Shown one piece after another: positions 12,527 to 26,544 of a stretch of DNA of 64,000 nucleotides. The stretch is from positions 1,787,079 through 1,851,078 of the forward strand of contig NMRA01000014.1 of the NCBI GenBank assembly GCA_002633005.1, written 5' to 3'. A program made the position numbers and the translations under genes. This DNA comes from Phoronis australis (taxonomy: Eukaryota; Animalia; Phoronida). How positions within the stretch are numbered: position 1 is the stretch's first letter; each line of letters opens with the position of its first letter. The notes under the pieces were generated by a model. That model was given only the letters and a program-made list of their open reading frames with translations. It was not told the DNA's origin and ran no database searches.

Positions 12527-12820
12527 CAGGGACGGATCCAGGATTTTGAGTTAGGGGGGACAGGGCACAGGAATACATGTAACTAGAATTTTGCCTCATG
12601 ATGTGCGCGCCCAGTCTAAAATAAAAAGTAGGGATGCGGGGAGTTTGTGGACCTTATGACTAAAACACGGGATTTTTTCAAGGCCTGTGCATAGTGCAAT
12701 CGCCCCCCGAGCGCCCTGGGTGCGCGCATATGCTACGCCAGCACCCGAACTGCCAAATGGAATCTGGGAAAATTTTAGGGAGGGGAGCATGGCCCCAATG
12801 GCCCTCTAAATCCGCCACTG
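12527..12820. mobile_element. hAT-like MITE family A (5-bp TSD gttct) with a nested family-B insertion
   Basis: cagggacggatcc...taaatccgccactg; colinear in reverse with the uninterrupted copy at 45718-45876. Confidence 0.85.
12597..12732. mobile_element. MITE family B, nested in the family-A copy
   Basis: catgatgtgcgcgcccagtctaaa...ctgggtgcgcgcatatg; absent from the family-A copy at 45718. Confidence 0.72.
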
Positions 12821-15800
12821 GTTCTACCCCTAGTAAAAAGCTGTCGGGCCACTGTGCAAGAAATCCAATCGATGGTCGAGGTCAATAACACGTCGGCCTC
12901 CTCTAACTTGGTCTGGCCCCCCTGTACCTCATCCATTCCCCATGATCCTGGTTTCAGCTCATGCAACAAGGCATGACCCGATGCACCGCACTGTCGCTAT
13001 TTGCATGTATGCATACGTGTCATTGTGTCCCCCGCTTTTGGGGTCCATTCCGTTTTTCACTGGAACCAAGTGTATTTTACCTCTACACAAGCTAGATCTG
13101 CACAACTCGACTAACTGCTCATGTTCGTCGCATTGTGGGAACTATTGGTCATGTGGTTCCCTCCATAATGAACATTTGATAGCAGTGATCGTAAGCACCT
13201 AGGCCCTACTGTTTTGAAAGTTATTTTAGTCAATTAAAATTTGGGGTGTTTGTTGAAAATGGTTTAAACTTTGTGAAAACTCGTAAAGTCTGGCTTTGTT
13301 TCTTTTCCAAGCAATTTATAACTACTCTAAACGGCAACAAACAAGCAAGGGTGGATCAACTTTAACCCGAGTTCTCGCGATGACGTAGCACATATTTTGA
13401 AAGTCGGCCAGTAAAACTTATCGGTTCGTTACATTTGTCAGTTTATTGTCAGAACTTGGTACCTAAATTTCCCTACCTACGCGAGGCACAGCACTCTACT
13501 CTTTACGCACGCTATACCATTTTCACGGCACATTCTCAACCTCCGTCCGACTCCGGTTCATCTCGCGCATAAGACAAACATTGTTAGTTTGCAAACATAA
13601 TTCCCTGCCCTAAGGCTTGTTCACCGATCCGAGCTGCAAGAATATTTTCGTGTTAACCTCACACGGTACATGTTTCATTTTTTTCAATAGAAATTGCCAT
13701 TTTCCACTATACACGAATTGTCTACTGTGAATATTAATGAGTAATTAAATTTATGATGAAAATTTTCTCAGTATATCAAGATACTCGTGTTCACGGGAAC
13801 AGTCAGCATACAAGGACAGTCGGCAAGTATTGTTGAGCACAAAGTTAGTTGAATAGTATTTCTACCGCATGGGTCATTTTAGAAGAACGTGAGTATCTTT
13901 GAATTGACCTACACGACCTCAAGTCTATGGGCCAATCTCTAGGATGTATAGGTCATGTTATCTTTTTGTCCTTCATCGCTTCTAACTTAAATGGACCCGT
14001 TGGCCCGAGCTAAGAAACGGTAGTGCGTGAAATTAATTTTTGGGCCAATCACGCGCGAGGCTCTCCAAAAATTATCCCTGCCATCGTATCCGTTAACAGC
14101 TATATTCAACACGAAAATGTTAAGTTTTTTGGATTTAGGCGGTAGTTATGAACTGATTTCAATCGAATATTGGCGGGAAGGCATTTATACAGCAGCTGGT
14201 TTTTGCGTCGAGATTTTATAACAAATAGTACGAAGTGGCCCTAGACAAGAGTGTAGCGTGCGAGGGTACACAATATTTTTCGTTAGCAAGGAATGAGTGT
14301 GCGAGAGCGGTGGTTTTATGTGAGCAAAGAATTATGTTCGCAAAAATGCAGCTGGAGGCGGACTATAAGTCCGAGAGAAGGGAAGGACGTGCGCGAGAGA
14401 AAAGATTTGTGCGCGGGTAGGCCCGAGCCGCGCAACTGAATGGAGACGAATCTAGGTGTCCTTGAATGTTGCAAAAATTGCTTTAAGAACCAGTGATATG
14501 CATCTAATCTTTGCACATTGTTTCGCCCGACCATCGGTTCTCTGCTACGAATAGGTCGGTCGGCATAGTATTTTAACATAATTTTTATTGTCGAAGCACA
14601 TTTTATTTCTCTTTAAATAATGCATCCGCTTTTGCAATTGAAAGTATATTTCGTTTCTCAAATTGTAAAATCTTTTGAGCCTCTCACATAGTTCATGATC
14701 GGTGGTGCGATGGTCGGCAAAGTTAATTTAATTTAGTTTTACTGTGCCACACAAACGTCCCAAATCTTCTTCTTCACTAGATAGGACATGATTTCCAATC
14801 CTACTTAAATACACTTGGAAACTATAACTGCGTCAAAATGACAACGATTTAAAACATAGAATTGGCAAGGTATAGCAAAATTGACCAAGCTGAAACAACG
14901 ACTTAGATTTTCAAATAAGTTTATTATTTCAATAAATTTGCAAATCAACAAATAATGAGTTTTGTTCGTCTTAAAACACAGTGCCTACCAGCTAGAATAT
15001 TTTTAATATTCAATCTTAATTTATACGACATTCATTCTAAGTGCAAAATTTAATTTTACAGAATTTATAACAATGACGCGGAATACTCTAGCTTCGCATT
15101 AGCATCCGAACGCTCTGCATTAAATAAAATCCAACGCTGTAAATATCACTTTGTAAATGACTGTTGAAATATTAGACCACGATTTCAGGGAATGCCTGAC
15201 AGACAAGGAAGGACGAGAATTGTAGATTTGTAATAAAATCACAGCTCTGGTCAAACCCAACAACTTCAAGAGAAAATATCTACAAAAGCTTAGTCCCAAC
15301 TGTAGTTTAATTTTACTGAGTAAAGTTTTCACCCATTCATGCTTTTTCTAAATTACTCGTCTAGGGGCATCTGTCAGGAGTAAATAGCGTGTGAATATAA
15401 AATGGTGTTCTTACATTGACAGTATTGGTACTGTATTTGATGAATAAATCGTTAAAAATAAAATTAAATAAAATGGAAATATCCCGTCGAATAATAATCA
15501 CAAAAATGCTTTTTTTAGATCGCAAAACTTTTTATCTTGTAATATTTATTAATTTGATTTTTTTAATTAAGTGCGTAATTTTAAGGCACCAACGACTACC
15601 TGTTGCTTTATCATGCTAAAATTGATACAATTTATTGATTAACCAGTTTGCATGTTTACTCAGTGTTTCGTGCAGTACGGTAAGATGTCGAAGTGTACGT
15701 TTTAGTGTGAATAATTTTGTAAAAAAATGTTTAGCAGGGACATTTTTTTGTTTCCTTTCTTACAGTGTATCTGACCTAACTGATATGTTTCAATATGACT

Positions 15801-16089
15801 AATTTTTGTACAAAGTTATAGGTACAGTCAATTTGTGCTGGCGGAGAATTCGACTTTTTATCAGCGTAAGTCTGGGTATCTGTTGCACAGGTAACGTTTA
15901 TTCCTCAGAAAAGTGTATTGAGACACCTGAACAGGAATTTATATTTTTATTTCTAATTTTAAACTCCGAATGCATGACGTATGTGCGAGTACCAACTGAT
16001 AAGTGTTGATGAAACTATGATAAACAAAAAGCTTTAAGAATATTAGCCTTGAATTTTCACTCACATATTCAATATATTCACGACATAAT

Positions 16090-16656
16090 TATTAGCATAC
16101 TATATAGACATTCGCATTGGTCTGGTAGCAGATCAAAGCTCTCCTGCAATTTCGTGTGTGAAATCTTTTGAACAAACGTATTTTAATTACACTTTCCTTA
16201 CCTTTTGGAATATTACCCTCTGATGTTGCCCTAGAACTTTTTAAAACCGTTTTAAATTTACAATCGAAAGGTATTTGTTTAGCCAAATTCTAACACTGTC
16301 ACCCCTTTCCCTTCTATTATTGTTATTATTATGTTACTTATTTTTATGTTGTTTACTTGTTTTATTTATGTATCTGTTATTTACTTATGTTTTATTCATT
16401 TATTAACTATTCTATTTGTTCCAGCCTGTGAATATATTTCAATTTACATATGATTAATGTTTCGTATTTTTGTCTGCCTTCACGTCTTTTTATCTGTAAG
16501 ATACCACCACCGAATTAAATGTGCCATTTTCTGTTGGAATCGTAGGTGTACACATGTTATTTTTTCTTTCAGGTATTACGATTTTATCTGACTTATTTGC
16601 CTGACATTCATTTCTGTGTGTTATATCCTAATAAAATCAACCAATCAATCAATCAT
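16090..16656 (+). mobile_element. LINE 3' end with T-rich UTR and (AATC)n tail
   Basis: AATAAA at about 16630 directly followed by atcaaccaatcaatcaatca; decayed WN.LP-like sequence upstream. Confidence 0.5.
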
Positions 16657-18754
16657 AGGATGACATGAAAAATACGTGTCCATCTACAGGTAATTATCGT
16701 AGTATCCACGTTGATTTCACGATTTGTCTCCTACAAAATATCCATAACGACCGCGTAAAAGTGGATCAAACGAACACATCGATCGATTTTCCAGCTGCAT
16801 TTTAACCCCAGTTCAATTACTGTTTTGACACGGTAAAACGTTAAACTACCATCAATTAAAACAGATATATGACATGGTACAAAAATGTAAACCTCTGGCA
16901 ATATTGGACGATGAGTGAGTAAGATATATATATGCCTATTTATAAGTTGGTGGCTCTCTGTACACCCCGGCCTCGTCCAACACAATCGATAACACACAGC
17001 CCAATAGTTAAAAATCCACGATTCTGATTGGCTAGACACCAAATAGGGAAAGTCCCTTTTTTGCAGTGAGCGTGAATTCCTTGGACTTTGATGAACTGCT
17101 GACTTATAACTCTCGCAACGATACATCTAACTATTGCTACAATTTTTTAATGCCCAGTTCTTGTTTTTATCAAACGTTTGGCGTAACTACCAGCGCTAAA
17201 TACCATTTTCTTACGACATTTCCCGAATGGTAACCTTTGTTGACCTACTTGCAGACGACTCGTGTCAAAACATATGTTTAATGATTCATTTAAGTTTTTT
17301 TGATAACAGCAAAAATTTAGAATTATTAAAATATATACCAAAAACAAAGTTAAATTGTTGTATAACAAGCAAAACTGACTACTCGTTTTTCTTCTGTAGA
17401 CTCAAATTTACGTTATTTGAAAGCTCGTTATTTCTTGTCATGCGCAGTAACCTTTCGTCAATGGATTACTCGTTGAGTCGAGTTCACGACACTTACCAAA
17501 ACGCCAGGCTAAAGGTGAGAGAAGAATTTACTAAGTGGACAGAATTTGTCAGCGCATACTTTGGAAATACTACCGGGAGACAACTTTCTGTATTATACTT
17601 TTCTATACTTTTCAATTATGGGGGGAATCCGTCTGGGATTGTGGCTTGACCCTGACTGGTTACCTCCGCAATTTATTTTCATTTCTGCAGATTGAGGTTT
17701 CAGCAAAGTGTACCTAATTTCGCAGTGATAACTGGTCACAAAAGGTAGTTTTCAATTGCAATATTTCAGGTATCTTAGACTGATTAAGAGTTTGGCTCCG
17801 TTGCAAGCCCATTTGATCATTGGAGTCTACGCATTACGATCAGTGCAGACTACGCGAGGATGTCGCGGTCGGGTCATGATTATTGATCTTTTCGTGGTTG
17901 TGTGGTACACTTGCACCCTGCGCAAGACAAAGAAATGGGTGGGTCGCCTTACGTTCACCCCCCATTGAGAGTCTCTTTCGAAGAAATTTTTTCACGTCGG
18001 TGCACACCTAATACCCGCTTAATAGATTTTTTCTGAAAGTTTTCAAACCTAACCCTATTCAGTAGGCCTACCATGTTTGCTGCCGTTTCTCATACGATAC
18101 TTTTCTGTTAACTCCCGTCTCCGCCTGAAGCCCTGAAGAGTTAATATCTACTAGCTGATCCCATGTTCACAGAAGTTTGCCCAGATCAATTTACTTTTAA
18201 AAAGTCACGCGCGTGGTTGCAGCCTACCGAGAACTGGAACCGACGAATATGTTACTGAGCTGGGGTAAGTAGCTTACCAATTTATGCCTCTCACGAACAC
18301 TGACGTCAACCAGCATTGAGTTCAACTGTTCAGTGACATAGTGTTTCAATAAGATTGCAATTCTTTCTAGTTTTGACCTCTTTATAAACATAATTCTTGT
18401 TCTGGTTTTTGTGTACACAATTTGATTAGTTCAGTCACATAAATAAAGGGTTTTGCACCAAACACATATGTTGAGAGCATTGATTCAGTTTCTGTGGCGT
18501 ATGACCATGTTTCATGAAAACAATGGAAAGATGCCTGAATTACCTATTCTTGGCTTTCTCATTGATGTCATTGTCCAATGATAAATTACATGCCAATACC
18601 GTTGGCATATATAACACAAATATACATTTTTCTCATTTTCTATTGTTGTCTTTAAAGATACATTTCATCTGGTTTATCTGGCGAAAACAAGACGAAAACT
18701 TTTACCCTCTTAAAAATCACTAGGCCTACCAACTCAAGTCACAGGTACATGGGC

Positions 18755-18990
18755 CATTTTCGGATTTGCTATTTTAGGGTTGGCCAAACCCCATAAACTA
18801 TGAAGGGTTTTCTTGAGTCTGATGGTTTCGATGCCGGTATGGAAATTCAACATTATCATTGTAAGGAATATTATGAGACCAATTTTATCTGAGTGGAAGA
18901 CCTAATTTTTTTAGCCCTGAGCTTAAGAAGAAGGAGGACAGCTGTAATTGTACTTTGTAAGTTTGTAATATTAATTGAAAAATATTTTAA
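18755..18990 (+). repeat. Interspersed repeat family E (other copies at about 20210-20400 and 37820-37950)
   Basis: Shared core agggttggccaa.ccc.ataaactct.a..gttttctt.agt..ctgatg in three places. Confidence 0.65.
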
Positions 18991-20631
18991 CCTGGTCTTT
19001 TTTGTTCTGTCTACTAACCTATTGAAGTCTAACATCAATAATTTGTTTGTCCCTACCAATACCCTATTTCCTTAAAAGTTGTTGTATTTTAGCTGAGTTT
19101 TTTATCTGAATTTGTTCTAAACGCTGTGACAAGTATTTTGTGGTAGGGACTTCCCAAAAGTATTGATATGTTGATGTTGTAACCAGCTGGCAAAGTGAAG
19201 TAAAATCCTAAGTTTCAAACATTTTGAAAAAATAGACATAATTCTTGCACTGGCTCACTCCTTTTCATAAGTTCTTATACATTGGTTATACGTTTTTGTA
19301 TTTTCTAAACTAAAATTTGATTTTTATAGAAACTTTCATTTTTTCTAATGTTTATTACGAAAAGTACAATGTTCAATCATAAGAGTTAAACTGAGAAAGC
19401 GTCAGAGAGCATTGTGTCTTGACGAATTTTTTTTTCATTGAAACGGCCATTTTCTAAACTTAACCGCAGCTTGGCCTATTTCTATACCTTTTAAGGGTTA
19501 CTTTAAGAATCCAGTTAAAGCAATTTGTTGTAAAAATTGTAGTGATCTAAGTATAATTTGCAGTTGGCTAAAAATATCTTATCACAAATTTGTTAGTCTG
19601 GCTGTTGTTAAAACGTGGTATTTTTTTAGTCTGTTCAGATCCTGTGAATGGTGTCATCAAAGATGAAACCACACTAAAACCCGAGCATTTCATAAATTTA
19701 TCACAGCCCCTGTTTTCTTTTTCTTTTTTTGACTATTAAATGCTTTGAAACGGTTATGGCCATATGGATATTTTTTTTGAAAACTTCCTACGTATTTAGT
19801 TAGGATTATTTCGAAAAAATGGGTTGTATTTATTGAAAGGGCAGTTTTGGGGAAAGCTTAAATGAGATTGGCTTGCAGTAAAATTGGTTGTAGTGTATGG
19901 AGTTGCCGTATATGACAGGAAGTGAAAAGGTCTGCATTACGATATCCATGTGTAATTATTAATGTTGTTTTACTTCTGCGTGTAAATCTCTGCATTCGTG
20001 ACACACAGCTGTTGTAAATGTATGAAAATAAACGGATGGGTCATTTTTACTTCAGAACAAATTTTAAGGCTGGACTTCACAGTTGTTTATTTTGTTGAAC
20101 AAAGAAATCGAGTAAGATCTTAACTCTCATGGAATCGGTCTCTAATACTCTTGTGGGGATACGATTCCATTTCCGTATCCAGCTAAAGTCACAGGCTATG
20201 CGTACATTCGCCATTTTTAAATTCTCAGTTATGGGGTTGGCCAACCCCAATAAACTCTGAGGCTTTTTATTGAGTCGCTGATGGTCCCGATATTTTTGAT
20301 GTTGGTTGTGGAAAATAAAATTTGATCATGAGACTACTTTTAGAAGAGGAAGCGGTCTAATTCGACTTTTGTTTTTAGCTAGGGGTCAAAATGCTGTAAC
20401 CAATGGCAAAGCTAACTAAATTAGAGGAAAGGTCTGTAATGCAGCATTATATAGAATTTTTTCAAGATGAACATAATACGATGACCAATTTTTAATTCAA
20501 TTTTTTTGAGTTTCTGAACCTGGTACAGGTAGTGATGGAATTTGGTATTAAATCAATTATACATATAATGTTATCACCAGGAATAAAGTTGAGCGCGGTG
20601 AGAACGACAGAACGCTGTCAATCTCAATGTT

Positions 20632-20925
20632 NNNNNNNNNNNNNNNNNNNNNNNNNNNNNNNNNNNNNNNNNNNNNNNNNNNNNNNNNNNNNNNNNNNNN
20701 NNNNNNNNNNNNNNNNNNNNNNNNNNNNNNNNNNNNNNNNNNNNNNNNNNNNNNNNNNNNNNNNNNNNNNNNNNNNNNNNNNNNNNNNNNNNNNNNNNNN
20801 NNNNNNNNNNNNNNNNNNNNNNNNNNNNNNNNNNNNNNNNNNNNNNNNNNNNNNNNNNNNNNNNNNNNNNNNNNNNNNNNNNNNNNNNNNNNNNNNNNNN
20901 NNNNNNNNNNNNNNNNNNNNNNNNN
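20632..20925. other. Assembly gap
   Basis: Run of N. Confidence 1.
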
Positions 20926-23900
20926 ATAGCCAAGTCCCCAAAGAGAGCAACACCATGCCCTCAGGTTTTGGTTATACCTATTGCTTTTGAATAATTATGT
21001 TAAGTATTGGGTAATAATTTCATTAAAGTAACACTATTCAGACTGCAGTGGGCACTAGACTGAAGACTGGCAGTATTGGCTCAACGCTTTCACAGGTGAG
21101 AGGTTTAAAGACACTCTAATAGTCGTGGTTGACGTGACAAGCGAAAGTTGAGCATGGTAGCTATAAATTTGAGTAGTGGTCTAATTTGAGCGCGAATGTT
21201 CAAAAGTTAAGAATTGTGTACTTGGTACCCACGCTCAAAATGTTTGGTAAGAACTCAAAAGGACATTCTATAAATTTAAAATGTTCATGTTATTGACGCT
21301 CAGGAAAATGACCATGTTCTAAATTCGGATTTGGCCTTTAGAAATTCTGCATGCGAAGGTTAGCCTACCGGTACACATAAAAGTTGGCCAACAAAACAAA
21401 TTGTAAAGTGCATGGCAAAAATTATTACCCAAAATATCGTATACGTTTTTGGATAACTGAGTGGGGTGTCCGATTCAGTTAAATCAAGTTGATTCACTTC
21501 TTTACAATACGTCAGTCTGATCTACTTCTATTGACTTAGTTTTGAATTGGGTCAGGAGGTGAGATGGAAGTTGCAGAATGTGACGAGTCGTATGAACACT
21601 CCCCGAGTGTGAAAATTTTTGCTTAATGCAATTGCACCATTTATTTTGCAAGTGTTTTTCTCAAGTGATCATCGCTTTTAGTTTAACGCGCTCTTTGCTT
21701 TGTCTTTAGAAATAATAAGGCAAAACGTTACACCAGATCTTAAAACACAGATAAGGTTGTGGTTCATTTTCGGATGTGTTTATTGAACCTGAACTTGAGT
21801 TTCCACATCAACTGGAACACATTCATTTAAGTTAACGTGGGCCATTGGAGGGTTGGCGGCTGTGAGTGCGACTGCAATGCTCCTTGAAGAAGGGAGTTTT
21901 AAATTTTAATACTGACAGTTCGAAAGAAATGTATTTTCTGTTTTTGTTTGTCGGACTTCCTGTCCATCGCTTTAAGAGCTGTAATGATCGAGCGACACTG
22001 TTTGTATGTTGTGTCAGGGTATGCAAATGTTGTAACTTGCACAATAAATGCACAAAAGTTGTTCCATACTGTCGATGGCAGAAATGAGCTATGGTTGTAC
22101 GTCACGACGGCATTCTATCTTAATGTACCCTCGTGGAAGTGTGTGACAGGATTTAATCAGAAACGAGCAAATTTTTCTCTATGTATAATGTGACGAGCAA
22201 CCGATTGTATGTGGTTCTGAATTCAAGTTCCTGGGTGAACTTTGATCTCGAAACATAGACAGAACTGACTTATGAGCACGCTGGTTTCTTCATACAATTT
22301 AGAAGATGGTTTGGTTCTGGTTCTATTTCTGGGCCAAACTGTTCGATCTGAGACTATCTGTTTTAGTTCCAGGTTTAATAGTTTGCACTGTCGTTTGGTG
22401 AATGATCAAACTATTAAACAACTAACTGATCTGAACGAGAACTGTATGCTAAACGACGTTCCTCCAACCGGGGAATGGAGGACGGGACTTAAGGAATGTT
22501 TAAGTTAGTTTTAAGCTTTGCCCACTAACAGCTGAATGTTAACCGTCGGTTGATCTTCAGAAGAATGCTTAGTCCGAGAATTCTCATTTCGAAATTATTC
22601 ATGTGTTTAATTAAACTTCTTCAGAAAATTGGGTCCCAATCGCAAACACTAAAGCGGAATTAAACCAGTCTTTCTGTCACAAAAAGTTTTGGTTTAAACC
22701 ATTTACCCTTATGATATTGGTCTCAAGCATTTTTAAGTCGCTTTTACTGACTCGACAAACGCCCTACACCGAACGAGTTGTCACGGTGCGAGTTGATCCC
22801 TGTCAGGGGCGAATTAGTCACGACACGGAACTGGATAAGCACGAAAGTCAGTCACATCTCCGATGTACAACCGTTGCTTCGCCTGATATTTTCACGTCGC
22901 CGTGGTGCTAAAACGCATATAATAGCCGGGATTCTACATGTTTGTGGGCATTTGCCAGTGTTAACCGGAGCATGCGCAGACTGGTCTCCTGTGCTAATCC
23001 AGTTTCCGGTAATGTCGGCAGGGCTCAACACGCACCAAAACAACTCGTGCTGTGTCAATCGTTTGTCGTGTAAAAGGGGCTTTCGTCAAGGCATCGAAAG
23101 AATTAACAGATCGTTACTGGTTAACACCAATTCATAAAATGTCAGGTCACGCCGTGACTTTAGTTTTTACGACAATTTGTAAGAAGAAATTTAGGGTCTG
23201 CCAGTTCTTCCGAGACCTGAGATCACTTGTAAGGATTAGACCAATTGTATAACTGTAAGTTGTCTAAATCAAAAATTGATTTTCGGAAGAATGAACGTGT
23301 TAATGCCGCTTTTAAATTTAAATAATAAGAAGTTGTCAATGTGTCAAGTGCCAGGAGTAGGCCTATTGAAATAAGTGAAGTACTACAAACAATTACATCA
23401 ATAAATTTAAAAAATACTTAATAAGTATATCAGCTAAAAAGGAAAATGGCAATTAAAATTAACATGTATTAAGCATTTACAAATCAACCAGTACGTTGTA
23501 GATGGATGACTATCTATAAATTTTTCTACAAGTTTTGCTCTGTCAAAAAGGGGTGGTCCCTAAACTGGTAGGTGGCACCATGTGTGTTTGAAATTGTAAT
23601 TAGTGTACCTGATACTGATGTGAATATTAAAAACATGTTCCTACGTCATGAGTAGTATTCTAAGTTTATTGTGTATTTCGTTAATTTGTTATTCCTTAGT
23701 GTTTGTAAGTATAACATCAGAAAATACAAGCTGCAGCCTCAGTAACCTCGTTCTATAGGCAGTGTTTTATTATTACTTGTTTGGATTATCAACTCAAGTT
23801 TTGAAAGAAAGTCATTGCATGTAGACCTTTCGCTTTATATACCTCGCGCGGTCATTTCGTGGTTGTAGCATGCTGACCGCTTTGAAACCTGTGCTTTTTA

Positions 23901-26303
23901 TTTAAAAGTTTGCGTTCATATTTTCAAATTATATTGGACTGTAAGCTATGCATAAAGCGAAAATCGTCACCAACGGTCCGATTAGCTTGTATTCATAACG
24001 CCAAGAGTAGCCATAGATCGGCTTTATGTCAGAAGGCTGAAATGACAAGGTTTTTCTCAAGCATCTTTATCAGTTAGCAACAAGTTGTCGTTTTACACGT
24101 TAGAAGTAAGAATCGAATTGATCACTTTAGCTGAAAATCTCTTTTCACTGGTCGATCTAGGGTGTTGCAAAGGGTGCTTACACCCACAATTTCCGAAGGA
24201 CAGTGTAAGGCATGCCAGTTGCGTTCTTATGGTGGACTCCCGTGGGGAGGGGGCTTCCGGGCCCCCTTAAAATCCACCTGCTTTTAGAGGTAATTGTGTT
24301 TACCTTATCGATTCAACAATGCATTTCTAGTCGAAAGGCTAACATTTCTTATTGCCTGTATTCTCTTTTACATAGAGGCAAGACGTGCTTAACGAGTTAC
24401 GAATTGTCGTTAAACCATCCTCGTTAGCAGCCAGAAATTTGATTTTTTTTCTTTTTGAGTCAGTCCGGAGCTTTGAATACTTAGAAACTATAAGACTATG
24501 TTCTTGTCAAATCGAATGTCCTGTTGGTAGTCCCCGGAACAGACACTTGCAGGACGAGATTTGCGGTATGAACGAGTTCTGTAGACGCAAGACCTTGACG
24601 ATGTTGCAGTATGAAATCTTCGCTTATGGAGCGGAGACAGCAAATCCTATCTGGACGATTCATGAATTCTATCCCCAAATTCATCCTTCTGACCTTATAG
24701 ACCAATTACTATGTGTTAGTATCCAACATTTTTGTCCTGTGCATACACGCAAACCACCAGCTTCACTTGCCTGCTATCTCACTTTTGTTCCAAGCAAATT
24801 CGTTGGTTTTCATTCCGAACTCTAAGTATACTCCTGGTTCAATGTGAACAAAAGGAAGTGAATATTTTAGTGAGTAATTTATATACGGCGATACAAGTTC
24901 AACGATCGCAATGTGTTTCTAAAGAGACATTGTAGTTTTTACAACCGAAAAACGGATTTGGGTATTATTTTTGGGTGAGGTAGAGTTCTTGTAGTTATTA
25001 ACTTTAACCAGAACTCTATAAAACAAAATCTGTCGTTTTGTGATTTCGTTGCTAATATTATAAACAAGTTGCCATTTTTTGTCGATGTCTGCGTAACAGT
25101 GGCTTAAGTCAAGGCGCCTCTCATACTTTTTTTCAAATACTGTTCTCGCAGAAAACGTCCGTTTAACCTTTTCGGAATATTCAACACTGTAAATTCAACA
25201 TGGCACATGTTACAATCTTCCATCACCAGTTAGAACTGATGTGTTTAATTACACACAGACTGTCAAAGGATGGGCATGACACATTTGACACGAGGGATTT
25301 CAAGAATTCTAGAATATTCACCATCACCCTAATAACGTATTTCTTCTTGTTCAGTTCATTATGAAGTGCGTGAAATTGAATACCATTTCACGAATTTGTC
25401 CCAAACAACACTTCATTAGTTTGGAACTTTTTCTTATTCAGTGTCCTGATTTTATTAGGTGAATCTGTATTTCCTTTGTTTTTGGAAAAAAGTCTGCGAG
25501 TCCAGTGGCTTTCGACTTCCGTATTTAAACAGCTTTGAACCAAGGTATGTCTACTCGACAACGTTGCCCATGTGAAACCAATGCGCCGTGAAGCAGTCTA
25601 CCGTTATAGTCCAAATGAATACCAGGATAACGTCGTAAACGGGACTGGGTTGTACATGTGCTTCTTTCCTGGATTTTTTCGATTCTTTCTCTGCGATGTC
25701 GAACCGTATACAGTAGCTTGCCTGTGTTAACCTGGGCGGCTGGACTATTCGGCTTCACCGGTAAACAGGCAACAGCCGATGAGGTCGTCACATTGATTTC
25801 AGACAACTTTGACTGCATGCCTTCGTGAGGAATCAACGGAGTTTGCTATCTTGTAGCTCTGTTCAAAGCTAATACTGATTTGAACAAGTTACTTTAACTC
25901 AAAATAACCTCCAAAGTCCGGGGTTTTTTTCGACTATAAAACCGATTATGTCATTTGGTCACGAGGTTTTTGCTGCTAATTGTGTTTCATTTGTTGCTTT
26001 TCGACAAAAACAAACAGAAAACGGAGACAACATCCACAATTTACGAGAAATTGAAAGTTGTTATTAATTTGGCTTTGTTTGTTTTTAATGACGCATACAA
26101 CGAGGGCTGACGTCTCTTCACCGAAGATAACCTTATCTAGGCCTATTTTCGGCATTTGTGCTTCCTTGTTTCGGACATTTTCATGAGCTCTAAATGACTT
26201 ACATACTTGGCACATATTAATGACACGTACGTGTTACTGATACAGATCACGACTTTATTGTACATCTCTGTCACGCTTGAAAAAGTCAGTTGTATTATAA
26301 TTA

Positions 26304-26544
26304 CATGCGTGCACCCAGTCTAAAACATAAGGGGGCTCGAATTTTTCGGTATGCGGACCTTTTACTGAAAAAGAATCAACGATGCAAAAAAAAACCCGGG
26401 CCTTACCAGGTTCAGGCCACGCCAAATTCCTGTGAACTTTTGTCTCCTTTGCTGGGGCTTTTTGTTTCGTTAAGGCGAACCTTTTGTCTAATTCGCCAAA
26501 TTGGGGTGCTCGTTCGAGCACCCCCCCCCCCGGATGCGCCCATG
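26304..26544. mobile_element. MITE family B (5-bp TSD aatta)
   Basis: catgcgtgcacccag...cggatgcgcccatg flanked by aatta on both sides. Confidence 0.8.

Noticed and set aside
18045-18140. cctaacccta as a telomerase RNA template
   Set aside because: No recognisable pseudoknot or H/ACA end; a match this short is plausible by chance.
18130-18180. CTGAAGA and several CTGATGA hits as hammerhead ribozyme cores
   Set aside because: No properly placed GAAA or stems I-III found.
20532-20990. ORFs of 100-152 aa in the ORF track
   Set aside because: They run through the N gap; the same applies to 57620-58052.
24385-25836. ORFs of 146 aa (+) and 103 aa (-)
   Set aside because: No recognisable motifs or consistent splice context; probably chance or heavily decayed repeats.
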